48,561 nt of DNA from a virus: the UHGV virus genome UHGV-0105325; one strand, 5' to 3'. The translations under genes were made by a program, and so were the position numbers. The notes beneath the pieces are model-generated. The model was not told the DNA's origin, searched no databases, and worked only from the letters and a program-made list of their open reading frames with translations. This document shows, piece after piece, positions 8,256 to 18,119 of this stretch (position 1 is its first letter; each line of letters starts with the position of its first letter).

Positions 8256-9680
8256 ATGGATTTGCGCCAGTATGAAATACTCATTGACACAAAGAATTTC
8301 ATCACTCAGTCGTACCCGATGCTCCGGTGCTCGTTCGATGTAACGACGTATACCGGCGACAGCCTGAGTACCTGTGAATTCCGCTTGTGGAACCTTGCAC
8401 CGACAACGAAGATTGAACCGAATCAGACCGTTGTTTTTCGCGCCGGGTATCAGTCACGCATTGGTCAGATTTTTACCGGGTTTGTCACCAACGTTTTCAC
8501 CATTCGTGACGGTACTGACATCATCACCCGCGTGACATGTCGTAGCGGTAGCAACGTGCTCGACGGCGGGACAACGAGTGCAAGTTTTGGTAAGAGCGTG
8601 ACATTGTTTGACGTCTTGACCAGCCTCGCACAGGACTGGTCGAAACCGTTATATCTCGTCAATAGTGTGGACAAATTTACCTCTATTGTCATGGCTGGAG
8701 GCTATAATGTTAGCTCCGATATCAGTAAGGAACTTGACATTCTGGCCAAAGCATACGGTTTTGAATGGCATTTGTACGCCGGGCAGGTGTTCGTCGGATT
8801 CCCATCTGATGACCGTAAAGCCACGCCTGTCAAAATCAGTTCCGCAACCGGGATGATTGATGCGCCCACGCTTCACGGCGGCATTGATGGTGTATTCTGT
8901 GACGTTAAAATGCGTCTTGACCCCCGTATGACACCCGCATCGGTACTTAATATTGAATCGAAATGGCTTAAATTCGATTTCGGAGCAGTGGAGTTCCAGA
9001 CAACCGTCGACGCTAAACTGGAAGGTGACTGGAACGTTCAGACCATTCAGCATACTGGAGACACACATGGCCCTGACTGGTACACATTTGTCAAAGCTGT
9101 GCGCGCCGGGTCAATGGATACCACCACGACAAATAGTGATGTTGGTAATCGTCTTATTTACGGGCGTGTTGGCGTGCAGGGTGAGGATGCCAGTCAGCAG
9201 CAGGATTTCCGTACCGAGGTGCGTAAACTTGGACAAAGTCTGGGTATCAGTCCCAACTGGATTATGGCTGTAATATCTGCAGAGTCTAACTTCAATCCAC
9301 AGTCAAAGAACAGCAAATCCGGCGCGGTAGGACTGATTCAGTTTACTAACGCCGGGTGGACAAGTGCGTTTCAGACTAAATACGGACGCAATAAAAATGT
9401 CATCCTGTCAATGACTGCAGCTGAACAGGTAAGAGGTCCGATTACTGATTATTTTAATCAGTACAAAGGGCGTTACAAAACAATGGGTGACGTGTACATG
9501 GCTGTATTCAGTCCGGCATTCATCGGTAAACCTTCCACAACCGTGATGTACTCATCACCTTCTACAGCGTACAATCAGAACGCAGGGCTTGACACGGACC
9601 ATAAAGGTTACATTACTGTCGGCGACGTGTGGCGACGTGTTGAGGAACGATTCAGGCAAGGTAAGGCGTACATGTTATGA
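8256..9680 (+). CDS. tail/baseplate protein with C-terminal lytic transglycosylase (SLT) domain
   Basis: C-terminal motif AVISAESNFNPQSKNSKSGAVGLIQF matches the SLT catalytic-Glu/ES motif. Confidence 0.6.
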   Translation: MDLRQYEILIDTKNFITQSYPMLRCSFDVTTYTGDSLSTCEFRLWNLAPTTKIEPNQTVVFRAGYQSRIGQIFTGFVTNVFTIRDGTDIITRVTCRSGSNVLDGGTTSASFGKSVTLFDVLTSLAQDWSKPLYLVNSVDKFTSIVMAGGYNVSSDISKELDILAKAYGFEWHLYAGQVFVGFPSDDRKATPVKISSATGMIDAPTLHGGIDGVFCDVKMRLDPRMTPASVLNIESKWLKFDFGAVEFQTTVDAKLEGDWNVQTIQHTGDTHGPDWYTFVKAVRAGSMDTTTTNSDVGNRLIYGRVGVQGEDASQQQDFRTEVRKLGQSLGISPNWIMAVISAESNFNPQSKNSKSGAVGLIQFTNAGWTSAFQTKYGRNKNVILSMTAAEQVRGPITDYFNQYKGRYKTMGDVYMAVFSPAFIGKPSTTVMYSSPSTAYNQNAGLDTDHKGYITVGDVWRRVEERFRQGKAYML

Positions 9681-10327
9681 GTTTAATTAACCTTCTGGTA
9701 AAGCGCGGCCCACAGCTTGGGTCGCTTCAGTTCGATGCTGTCCTGTCTGATGACCTTGACGCCAGCGTGGACATTGTACAGTACCCTATTGAGACAGGTA
9801 CGCCAATTGCGGACCACATCATCTATCAACCTATTCGTTACACGATGACGGGTGCGGTATCGAACAATCCGCTGAAAGTTAGTATCACTGATTTCACCGG
9901 GGCGTTGACAAATCTCGTCGATGACAATCCGTTCATTGCCGCCGGTGCCGGTCTGTTCGCGGGGTGGTTAAGCGGCTCAAATGAAACTCGCTCCAGTACA
10001 ACACTGAACACTTTGCTTGATTTCATGTACTCCGGCCAGGTATTCACAGTGGATACGGGTGAAATCACGCTGAACAATATGGTCATTCAGCGCATCGGGC
10101 GCTCTAAAGACCCGGAGAATGAGAACGGACTGATATTTGTTGCTGAACTGCAACAGATTGTCACACTTGACCGCGTGGCGAATGGTTCACAACCGGCACA
10201 GTATCAGCTGAACAGTAACGACGTTTCCAGCACATCCATATCCGGACTGATTGAGCGTGGTTACATTAACGTGAAGACAGCCGCAACGAATGTTGCCAAT
10301 CAGGTTACGACACTTTTGGATTTGTAA
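9677..10327 (+). CDS. baseplate-associated protein
   Basis: 216-aa ORF coupled to the previous gene. Confidence 0.5.
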   Translation: MSLINLLVKRGPQLGSLQFDAVLSDDLDASVDIVQYPIETGTPIADHIIYQPIRYTMTGAVSNNPLKVSITDFTGALTNLVDDNPFIAAGAGLFAGWLSGSNETRSSTTLNTLLDFMYSGQVFTVDTGEITLNNMVIQRIGRSKDPENENGLIFVAELQQIVTLDRVANGSQPAQYQLNSNDVSSTSISGLIERGYINVKTAATNVANQVTTLLDL

Positions 10328-10329
10328 AA

Positions 10330-10352
10330 AAAAAAAGCCCCGGAGACCGGGG
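10330..10352. terminator. A-run + GC hairpin (gccccggagaccggggc); as read it is oriented for the opposite strand
   Basis: A11 followed by an inverted repeat. The U-tract is on the minus strand only, so it may terminate antisense transcription. Confidence 0.4.
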
Positions 10353-10617
10353 CAAACATACAGGAGCACAACAGAGAGGTTATGGTTTACAGGTTAGACG
10401 TCATCTAAACTCTAAACCGTTGTATTGGTTGAACCGCCACGGTGACCAGCCGCATTCGTGCATGCCTGGCTACACATTCCGGCTACCCGCTGATGCGAAG
10501 GAATAGGACACCCCGGACAGCTAAAGACACATGTGCTATATGCCTGTGAATGAATAATTACATTGTTTGACGTGAGTGTCAATAGTATACTTGACATTAT
10601 TTTCACAGGAGGGCGAC

Positions 10618-11292
10618 ATGACCGACATTAACCAGCGCCGCTCGTTTTTACAGAACGTCACTAATGACACGTTTTTCGAGAACATGAAGGACGTGTACAC
10701 GTGCATCCCGGGTTACGTGCTGACATTCGACCCGGATACACAGCGTGCGCAGATTCAACTGGGAATCACCCGGACCGATGATATCGCTAAAACTACGTTT
10801 GACCCACCACCCATTGTGGACGTTCCCGTAAGTTTCCCGGGTGATGACTTCGTACTGGAATTTGCCGTCAATCCGGGTTGTGAGGGTATGGTACATTTCA
10901 GTCAACGTTGCATTGATGGATGGAAGCAGACCGGCGGCATTGCTGCTAACCCCGTTAAACGCTTTCACCACAAACAGGACGCAATGTTTGTGCCGGGAAT
11001 TCGTTCACTTGATAACCTGATTGCAAGTTTTTCCAACGATGGAATACGCCTGCGTAATGCCGACGCGTCACAGTACGTCTGGTTAAAGGGTGATGGTTCG
11101 TGCATAATGGCTAATGGGAACGGCAACGTCCAACTTCTTGCAAACGGCACAGTGAGTATCAATGGTGTGACCATTGATAAAGACGGGAACATTACCGCTC
11201 TGAATTCTCTGGTGCTGGATGGCAAAGAACTCAATGGTCATACTCATGGCGGTGTTGCTTCCGGTGGTTCTAATACGGGGCCGAATAACTGA
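10618..11292 (+). CDS. baseplate spike/needle protein (gpV/Mu gp45-like)
   Basis: Start at MTDINQ with AGGAGGG RBS. C-terminus GHTHGGVASGGSNTGP is typical of spike tips. Confidence 0.55.
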   Translation: MTDINQRRSFLQNVTNDTFFENMKDVYTCIPGYVLTFDPDTQRAQIQLGITRTDDIAKTTFDPPPIVDVPVSFPGDDFVLEFAVNPGCEGMVHFSQRCIDGWKQTGGIAANPVKRFHHKQDAMFVPGIRSLDNLIASFSNDGIRLRNADASQYVWLKGDGSCIMANGNGNVQLLANGTVSINGVTIDKDGNITALNSLVLDGKELNGHTHGGVASGGSNTGPNN

Positions 11293-11639
11293 TGACAGTA
11301 CGTAAATTAGATGAAGATGGTGATATCGTTACTCAGGGTTCGATGTTCATCACTGAACAACTGGAAATAGAGCAGACGATACGTACCCGTCTGCGTCTGT
11401 TTTTGGGTGAGTATTTCCGGGATGTGACCGACGGTACACCGTGGTTTCAGGAGATACTCAACAAACAAACTTCCATGGATGTCCGCGAAGCCCGCCTCCG
11501 TGAACGCATCTCTGGTACTCCGGGTGTCCAGCAGTTAACCAGTTTTAGTACCGATTTCGACATCGACAACAAAACTTATACGGTCACCGCCAGCGTGTTG
11601 ACCTCCTACGGATTATTAACGGTGACCGAGAATGGCTGA
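11292..11639 (+). CDS. baseplate wedge protein (gpW/gp25-like)
   Basis: 115 aa, between spike-like and J-like genes. Confidence 0.5.
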   Translation: MTVRKLDEDGDIVTQGSMFITEQLEIEQTIRTRLRLFLGEYFRDVTDGTPWFQEILNKQTSMDVREARLRERISGTPGVQQLTSFSTDFDIDNKTYTVTASVLTSYGLLTVTENG

Positions 11640-12840
11640 ATTAACCAGTACCGGCTATAGTGTAAAATCACAGAATGACTGGTTCGACGAAGAAAAACAG
11701 TTGTATCTGGATATTGACAGTAACTGGAATCTTGACCCGTCCACCCCCGATGGGTTGAAGATGGCACACGATGCTGAAATCTTCTCCGCGCTCGATGAAG
11801 TGTTGCAACAGGCGTACAACTCCAAAGACCCGAATAAAGCCAGTGGCTATGACCTTGATGTGATTTGCGCGCTGACAGGTACCGTCAGGAGTGAAGGTAC
11901 TGCGTCCACCGTTACGGGGTTCGTGTTAACGGGTGTTGCCGGTACTCAGGTTCCTGCGGGTACACGCTTTGAGTCATCTGTGACGGGTTATCGATTTACT
12001 CTTGACCAGACGTGGACGCTGGATAGTTCAGGCACCGCAACGGTCGATATCACCTGTACCACAGTTGGTGAAATTGAAGCGGACGCCAACACCATCACAA
12101 CCATCGTGGACACGGTTGCCGGACTGGTGTCAGTTAACAACCCCACCCCAGCAACACCCGGTACATCTGCTGAATCGGATGGGTCGTTACGCCTTAAACG
12201 AGCGACGGCCGTAGGTCTGCCGGGTAGCAACCAGGTTGATTCAATGCTGGGTCAATTGTTCAATGTGGATGGCGTACGTCGAGTACGTGTCTATGAGAAC
12301 GACGAAGCCACTACCGACAGCAACGGTCAACCGGGTCACAGTATTGCGCCCATTATCGATGGTGGTACCGACGACGACGTAGCGATGGCTATCTACCTTA
12401 AAAAGAATCCGGGTGTCACACTTTATCAGGCTGGTACACCGGTGACAGTCACTGTCACGTCACCCACTTACCCTACGATGACCAAAGATATCAAATTCAG
12501 TCGCCCCGTATATGTGGACATGGTGGTAGTCATCGAAATCAAAGATGATGGTTCCCTACCGTCTCAGGCAACCCTTGAACCGCTCATTCAGGATGCCATC
12601 ATGGAATACGCCGCGGGCGGTCTGATTCCGACGGAGTACGGTTTTAAGCCGGACGGGTTTGATATCGGTGAAACAGTTCCGTATAGTTCACTTTACACAC
12701 CTGTTAACAAAGTCATTGGTTCATACGGTAACAGTTACGTTAATAGCATGACGTTGAATAGTGGCACCGCGAATGTTACCATTGACTTTAACGAATTATC
12801 CCGCTGGACAACCTCAAACATCACGGTGACCATCGTATGA
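11632..12840 (+). CDS. baseplate J-like protein
   Basis: 402 aa, in the canonical position. Confidence 0.5.
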   Translation: MAELTSTGYSVKSQNDWFDEEKQLYLDIDSNWNLDPSTPDGLKMAHDAEIFSALDEVLQQAYNSKDPNKASGYDLDVICALTGTVRSEGTASTVTGFVLTGVAGTQVPAGTRFESSVTGYRFTLDQTWTLDSSGTATVDITCTTVGEIEADANTITTIVDTVAGLVSVNNPTPATPGTSAESDGSLRLKRATAVGLPGSNQVDSMLGQLFNVDGVRRVRVYENDEATTDSNGQPGHSIAPIIDGGTDDDVAMAIYLKKNPGVTLYQAGTPVTVTVTSPTYPTMTKDIKFSRPVYVDMVVVIEIKDDGSLPSQATLEPLIQDAIMEYAAGGLIPTEYGFKPDGFDIGETVPYSSLYTPVNKVIGSYGNSYVNSMTLNSGTANVTIDFNELSRWTTSNITVTIV

Positions 12841-14915
12841 CCATTATCAAACGCGCAGACCTGGGTCGACCCTTAACGTGGGACGAACTGGATGACAATT
12901 TCCAGCAGGTTGATGATTTGACAGCAGCAGCATCGGCGGCTGTATCAAGTGCTGCTGCTTCAGCTACAGCCGCTGCAGGCAGTGCTACGAATTCACTTAA
13001 TAGTGCAAATAGTGCTGCTAGTTCGGCCGATGACGCCGCAGCCTCAGCCACTGTGGCGATAAATGCGTTGATGAATTCAACATTCGAACCGAGTAGTTTC
13101 GACTTCACCACCGGTGGCACTCTTGATACCACTGACCGTAATAAAGCAGTGTACAACCCGGCGGACAATAACTGGTATTCATGGTCGGGTACTCTGCCGA
13201 AAACCGTGGCTGCGGGGGAAGACCCTACTAGTGATAGTAATTGGCGTCCGAGAACAGACCAGTTATTGCGACAAAATCTTTCAGCGGAAAGTGGCTCATC
13301 CTTGATTGGGTATAAACAAGGGAATTCTGGAACACTCCCATATACCGTGTATGCAAGATTAAAAACTGCGCTGAATCTCTTCGATTTTATACCCGTGGAA
13401 AAACATGATGCTATTGTTAATTTCACCAGCACAGAAGACCTGTCCTCTTACGTGCAGGCGGCGATTGATTCAGCAAATACGATGGGTGGTGCAACCATAC
13501 ATTGTCCCGCTGGTCAATATTATTTGAATGTCAAAACAAAACCGAATGTTATATTGGTTGGCGCAAGGGGGCCATCCGTTCGACGTGCTATGCCGTGGGC
13601 TTTTTCAGTATCGGCTAACCCTGGGTCTACGAGATTCAGAAACTTTGCTAACGACTGGATTATATCATCGGCAACCGCATCACAATCTGATGTTACTTCC
13701 CGTAGCTTTGGCATAATTGGTATAGATTTTGACGCGAAAGACGCCACCAATAGCACAGGCGGTGTTCGCCTTCGTGGCCCTGAAATATGCGTTAAGTCTT
13801 GTAGTTTTTACGGTTTTCAGGACCAGGGGCTTGAAGCAAGCGGAAACATTGGACTTTTTGAAGACATCATTGCTAATGAATGTCTAAAAAACAGGGTGAG
13901 AACAGATTATGTTGGGACCATCGAGATATCTGGCGCATCAGACTGCCAGATTCACCGACTGGAAGGTAACGCACAGGTAAACGGCCTTAATTCAATAACG
14001 AACGCTGCGCCGTATATCTGCGGTATAAAAATAGCCGGTAATAACCATTATGTCTCTGCACTAATGGGCGAGATATCTGAAACAGGGATATATATTAGCG
14101 CTACTTCAGTTCATCATAAAATGTGGGGATGCCGAGCGGATAACAACGTTGGCCCGGGATACCTCATTAACGGCGTAATGATGGACACATGCCATTCTTA
14201 CAATAACTCACGCACAGGCGACGGATTATATTCAGGTTTTGAGGCACTCCCCGGATCGACTCGCATAATGGCTTCCAACTGCTTGGCGTGGACAGATAAC
14301 GCACCGGTAGATGGTACCGGTCAACAACGATTACATAAATATGGGTATGATTTTGCGGTTGTAGACTACTTATCGTTAAGGTTGAAACCTTGGGTTGACC
14401 AATGCTTTTCATACGGTCATTCCTTGGGATGGATAAACTCTCCTCCTACGTATGGGCTACAGTACACCCCAACAATAGGTAGATTATCTGTAACTAGTAA
14501 TGCCACGACAACCCCTAACGTAGATGGGGTTAGTGTCATCGCTATAAACACAACATCATTAAGTCAAATAACAGGACTGGATGGGGGTATGATAGGCCAG
14601 CAGGTGGATATTTATCTAAATGCATCAGCTACTGTTACACTTGTTAATAGTTCATCATTTTTAGTTAACAATCTGGCAGATCATGCTGATAAAACTATGA
14701 GGGTAGGTCAAGTTTACAGATTCGTCAAGACGGCAACAAATATCTGGCGAGAAGTTGGCGATGTTATACGTGTTTTATCAGGGACAACCGCTTCCAGACC
14801 AAGTTCAACCGCGGTTGCTGGCATGCAATATTTTGATACAACCCTCAATAAGCCAATATGGCGTAATGCGGCTAACTCAGGATGGGTTGATGCTACTGGT
14901 ACGGCTGTTCAATAA
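12837..14915 (+). CDS. tail fibre / tailspike with Ala-Ser-rich coiled N-terminus and beta-helix-like distal part
   Basis: 692 aa. N-terminus AAASAAVSSAAASATAAAGSA. The distal two-thirds are compositionally AT-rich and Asn/Gly/Ser-rich. Confidence 0.6.
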   Translation: MTIIKRADLGRPLTWDELDDNFQQVDDLTAAASAAVSSAAASATAAAGSATNSLNSANSAASSADDAAASATVAINALMNSTFEPSSFDFTTGGTLDTTDRNKAVYNPADNNWYSWSGTLPKTVAAGEDPTSDSNWRPRTDQLLRQNLSAESGSSLIGYKQGNSGTLPYTVYARLKTALNLFDFIPVEKHDAIVNFTSTEDLSSYVQAAIDSANTMGGATIHCPAGQYYLNVKTKPNVILVGARGPSVRRAMPWAFSVSANPGSTRFRNFANDWIISSATASQSDVTSRSFGIIGIDFDAKDATNSTGGVRLRGPEICVKSCSFYGFQDQGLEASGNIGLFEDIIANECLKNRVRTDYVGTIEISGASDCQIHRLEGNAQVNGLNSITNAAPYICGIKIAGNNHYVSALMGEISETGIYISATSVHHKMWGCRADNNVGPGYLINGVMMDTCHSYNNSRTGDGLYSGFEALPGSTRIMASNCLAWTDNAPVDGTGQQRLHKYGYDFAVVDYLSLRLKPWVDQCFSYGHSLGWINSPPTYGLQYTPTIGRLSVTSNATTTPNVDGVSVIAINTTSLSQITGLDGGMIGQQVDIYLNASATVTLVNSSSFLVNNLADHADKTMRVGQVYRFVKTATNIWREVGDVIRVLSGTTASRPSSTAVAGMQYFDTTLNKPIWRNAANSGWVDATGTAVQ

Positions 14916-14938
14916 AAGGGGCCTTCCGGCCCTTTTCT
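14914..14938 (+). terminator. rho-independent terminator aaaaggggccttccggcccttttct
   Basis: Hairpin plus T-run after the fibre gene. Confidence 0.7.
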
Positions 14939-15063
14939 CACATATCCTATCGATGCACCCCTTAACCCATACGCCACAACACGCCAAACTTGCAGTTAAA
15001 TTGACTAATGAGAGATTCGCGGGGTATCATTAGTGTATCTTCCGTCAATCCCTGTGGGTACCG

Positions 15064-15777
15064 ATGAACTTCTTCCCCGCTCCCTACTTCGTACCGCTGA
15101 CAATTGTCAGCGGCTACGTCGCAAATGAGTCAGATGCTCCGAATCGCGTCTACGCTCAGTATCGTAACAAGCCAAAGGCTGTCGCGTGGTATAACATCAC
15201 GCGAAGTCTGGCTACGCAGATTGCAGACGTGGCCGCAGCTGTCCGCACCATATATTCGATTGATGCGGCGCAAGGTGAGCAACTCGACGTTATCGGGCGC
15301 ATTGTGGTAGTACCCCGGGATTTTATGGGTGAAGTCATGATGGAAACGGCGATGTGCGCCAGCGATGTCAATGGTCCAGCCGAATTCGGTGACACCTCTG
15401 CGATGTGTAGTGTGCCATCTGTTGACCAGTCGATGGCAATGTCGGACGAATTGTATCGTCTCGCAATTAAGTCCAAGATTTTAAAAAACAACTCGTACGC
15501 GACTATTGAAGACATTATTAATGGGATGAATTTCCTGTTACCTAACGCACAGGTTACTCGTCTGGTTGATGGTGAGGACATGAGTTTCTCCGTAGAATTC
15601 TACGGGCAAATCACAGACCTCGAACGGTGGGCACTCGTCAATGCCTCTTTCGTTCCGAAGCCGCAGGGTGTAAAATTCAATGGTTTCCTTGAGGCTTATG
15701 ATTACGTACAGGCAGGTGACTCATCAACTCAGTTTGGTGACTCATTGGCACAAGCGACCGGATTTATAGGAGTTTAA
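15064..15777 (+). CDS. putative tail protein
   Basis: 237-aa ORF. A TTGACT-18-TATCAT promoter-like site lies about 40 bp upstream. Confidence 0.5.
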   Translation: MNFFPAPYFVPLTIVSGYVANESDAPNRVYAQYRNKPKAVAWYNITRSLATQIADVAAAVRTIYSIDAAQGEQLDVIGRIVVVPRDFMGEVMMETAMCASDVNGPAEFGDTSAMCSVPSVDQSMAMSDELYRLAIKSKILKNNSYATIEDIINGMNFLLPNAQVTRLVDGEDMSFSVEFYGQITDLERWALVNASFVPKPQGVKFNGFLEAYDYVQAGDSSTQFGDSLAQATGFIGV

Positions 15778-15780
15778 ATA

Positions 15781-16380
15781 ATGGCTTTAGACCGTAGCAA
15801 CCGCTACCCGGGACGGTTTGAGAATCCCACGACGGAGCAACCCCAGGGTGCATTTAAAAACCGTACATCACCGACAGCAGAAGATGGTTCATATTTTGAA
15901 GCCGATTGGGCTAACGACATGAGCGGGTTCTTTGGTGCTATTCTCTCCAACGCAGGCGTGTCTCCCAATGGCTCCGTGGACACAGCGTCGAGTAGTCAGG
16001 TATACGATGCGCTCAAAACATTATTTCCACTCGCCGCCGGGTTCACCGGCTCACTAAGCTCTTCCGGGTATGTGCAGATTCCGTTGAAAATATCGGGAGC
16101 ATCGCGGATCTTAAAAATTAACTGGGCACCGTGGAGTGGCACCACCGGTTCCACTGATACAAACGGCATCTATGAGACATCGGGCATACCCATTACATGG
16201 GCGTCACCATTCTCTACATCCACATATGGTGTCATAGCATCAGTAAACGATGTGTCCGGTAGCGGACTTCAGGAAATGGTGTGGCGTTCCGGCATGACAC
16301 TGACTGGATGTTCATTATTAGCCTCATGCCGCCAGGCAAGTACAGCGATGAGTGGATTTGTCATCGGTATCGGTTCATAA
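15781..16380 (+). CDS. putative tail fibre / receptor-binding protein
   Basis: 199-aa ORF, Ser/Thr/Gly-rich, last gene of the tail operon. Confidence 0.45.
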   Translation: MALDRSNRYPGRFENPTTEQPQGAFKNRTSPTAEDGSYFEADWANDMSGFFGAILSNAGVSPNGSVDTASSSQVYDALKTLFPLAAGFTGSLSSSGYVQIPLKISGASRILKINWAPWSGTTGSTDTNGIYETSGIPITWASPFSTSTYGVIASVNDVSGSGLQEMVWRSGMTLTGCSLLASCRQASTAMSGFVIGIGS

Positions 16381-16611
16381 GGTTTTACAACCTTCCCACC
16401 AGTTTTGCCACCGGGACACTCTGTCCCGGTCGGCCATCAGAACTTCCCCATTATGTGGAATTACCGTAGCGGCCTTTTCAGGGTCGCCATCGGTTGTCCA
16501 CAATTCACCACTCGGCGTAAGCAAGTCATTAGACGGAGGCGGGCATTTACGCACTTCCTGAGCACACGCAGTTAAAGCAAGTACAGATATCAGCAGGATG
16601 AGTTTTTTCAT
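16375..16611 (-). CDS. o-spanin (Rz1-like outer-membrane lipoprotein)
   Basis: Signal peptide MKKLILLISVLALTAC with lipobox LTAC, Pro-rich mature part, directly after the i-spanin gene. Confidence 0.65.
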   Translation of the reverse strand: MKKLILLISVLALTACAQEVRKCPPPSNDLLTPSGELWTTDGDPEKAATVIPHNGEVLMADRDRVSRWQNWWEGCKTL

Positions 16612-16931
16612 TTTACGGTCGTATCATACAGGTCGAGGATACCGCTATCTTTGACACACTGGGCGGTGGCGGAGTCTTTGATTCGGTCACGGTAGATGGT
16701 GACTTTTTCAACGACTTTTTTGGCCCGGGCTTCTTTCAGTTCCTGTTGCTTTTTCTGCAATTCCACATCGGAGGCGTTGAGTTTTTCCTGCAGCGCGTCA
16801 CGGGCTTCTACGGCCGCCTTATATTCCTTGAAATCGTCCAGTTTGACCGCATTCTTACCCGAAAAATAACCCATAGCGTACACTGCAACCATTATGCTAC
16901 CGATTACCCCGGCGAGTATCACGTTACGCAT
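16608..16931 (-). CDS. i-spanin (Rz-like)
   Basis: N-terminal TM segment followed by a charged coiled-coil; sits between the endolysin and the lipoprotein. Confidence 0.65.
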   Translation of the reverse strand: MRNVILAGVIGSIMVAVYAMGYFSGKNAVKLDDFKEYKAAVEARDALQEKLNASDVELQKKQQELKEARAKKVVEKVTIYRDRIKDSATAQCVKDSGILDLYDTTVK

Positions 16932-16932
16932 A

Positions 16933-17538
16933 TTAGCCTCCTAAATTATATTTACCAGCCTCATGTGGGAGAGTCCCTGGTTTAGTCTCTCCCAGTGTAT
17001 ACAGGCACAAATACTCTTCCTGCTCCCGACGAATTGGCTGCCCGGAACAGTTATTGCTTTTAATGCGGCAGTCTTTACCACCATCGAACACCCAACGAGG
17101 AATCTGTTTGCACGCGTTCTTCCAGTCGCCTTTTTGCAGCAACTTAAAGAATGTTGACCCCTTACATTTAGTAGGTCCAATGTTGTACGGGCAGAACGAT
17201 GCGATACCAACCTGTTGTACCGGGTTCAGTTTTACCGGGATATTGTCACGTACCCATTTGAGTGACTTTTGTGCTTCTTTATCGTTCAGAAGGTCGCATT
17301 GCTTTTCGGTAAGCCGCATACCCTTTGTCACCGGCCTACCATCGATGCGCGTCACACCCCGGCAGATGGTCCAGATGGGAGGATTTGCACTGTCCAGATA
17401 CGCCGTCAGCCTGTTCCCTTCCTTCTCGTTCAGGAACTGATTGAGGATATCCGTCTGCGTGACTACCGCAGTACCCGTACCACCCATTGCAAATGCGGTA
17501 AGAAGGGCGGTCATTTGTTTACTTAAAGGATTTTTCAT
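16933..17538 (-). CDS. SAR-type endolysin (glycoside hydrolase 24 / phage 21 R-like lysozyme)
   Basis: N-terminal weakly hydrophobic Gly/Ala-rich segment ALLTAFAMGGTGTAVV, then the catalytic E...D...T triad context EGNRLTAYLDSANPPIWT. Confidence 0.7.
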   Translation of the reverse strand: MKNPLSKQMTALLTAFAMGGTGTAVVTQTDILNQFLNEKEGNRLTAYLDSANPPIWTICRGVTRIDGRPVTKGMRLTEKQCDLLNDKEAQKSLKWVRDNIPVKLNPVQQVGIASFCPYNIGPTKCKGSTFFKLLQKGDWKNACKQIPRWVFDGGKDCRIKSNNCSGQPIRREQEEYLCLYTLGETKPGTLPHEAGKYNLGG

Positions 17539-17591
17539 TCGGTAACACCTGCTGTACAATTAGGTTTAATCCTAACATACAAGGGCGATAA

Positions 17592-17702
17592 AATGTACAA
17601 GACTAAACCACGTAAAGCAGGTGATGCCGGTGGAGCATGTGTTAAACCCCGTGGTAAAACCGGTGATGCGGGCGGTGCCAAAGTAAAACGCCGGACCAAA
17701 TA
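17592..17702 (+). CDS. 36-aa highly basic peptide with duplicated K-x-GDAGGA motif
   Basis: ORF MYKTKPRKAGDAGGACVKPRGKTGDAGGAKVKRRTK with AAGGG RBS, not in the ORF track (<60 aa). Coding status uncertain. Confidence 0.3.
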
Positions 17703-17903
17703 AACAATGTACACCTTCCTGATTGCCTCAGTAATCGCCAGACCCCGGGGAGCCTCGTTTCTCTTCGTGATGGTAGCAACTCTTTTTCAGGAGTTGTGTG
17801 GTAATCTGGATGGTTCAATTTATTTTTTTTCCTCGCCGCATTTTGTGATTTCATCGTAGCCGGTACTCTGTACCGGTTCGGAACATCCCGAAAGTCTCTC
17901 GAT

Positions 17904-18119
17904 ATGATGCTCATCAGCATTGTTTCCATGTCGATTAATCTGGTAGGCTGGCTCCTGTGGTTTTTCTATCAACCACTCGACGTCTATGTGGCAATGTTCA
18001 CGATGCTATACTGTGCGGCAATCCTCATGATACTGAAAAAGGATAGTGACGATGCTGGAGGTATTGCGGTTCATATCGACAACTCTGGTCATCATCCTTA
18101 TGCTGGCGCAGGTCGTTGA
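17904..18119 (+). CDS. putative pinholin/holin (2 TMDs, 71 aa)
   Basis: Two hydrophobic helices and a charged C-terminus, adjacent to the SAR-endolysin cassette. Topology fits a pinholin. Confidence 0.45.
   Translation: MMLISIVSMSINLVGWLLWFFYQPLDVYVAMFTMLYCAAILMILKKDSDDAGGIAVHIDNSGHHPYAGAGR

Noticed and set aside
10412-10606. Minus-strand 64-aa ORF in the baseplate intergenic gap
   Set aside because: It overlaps the spike gene start, has no RBS and would be antisense to the late operon.
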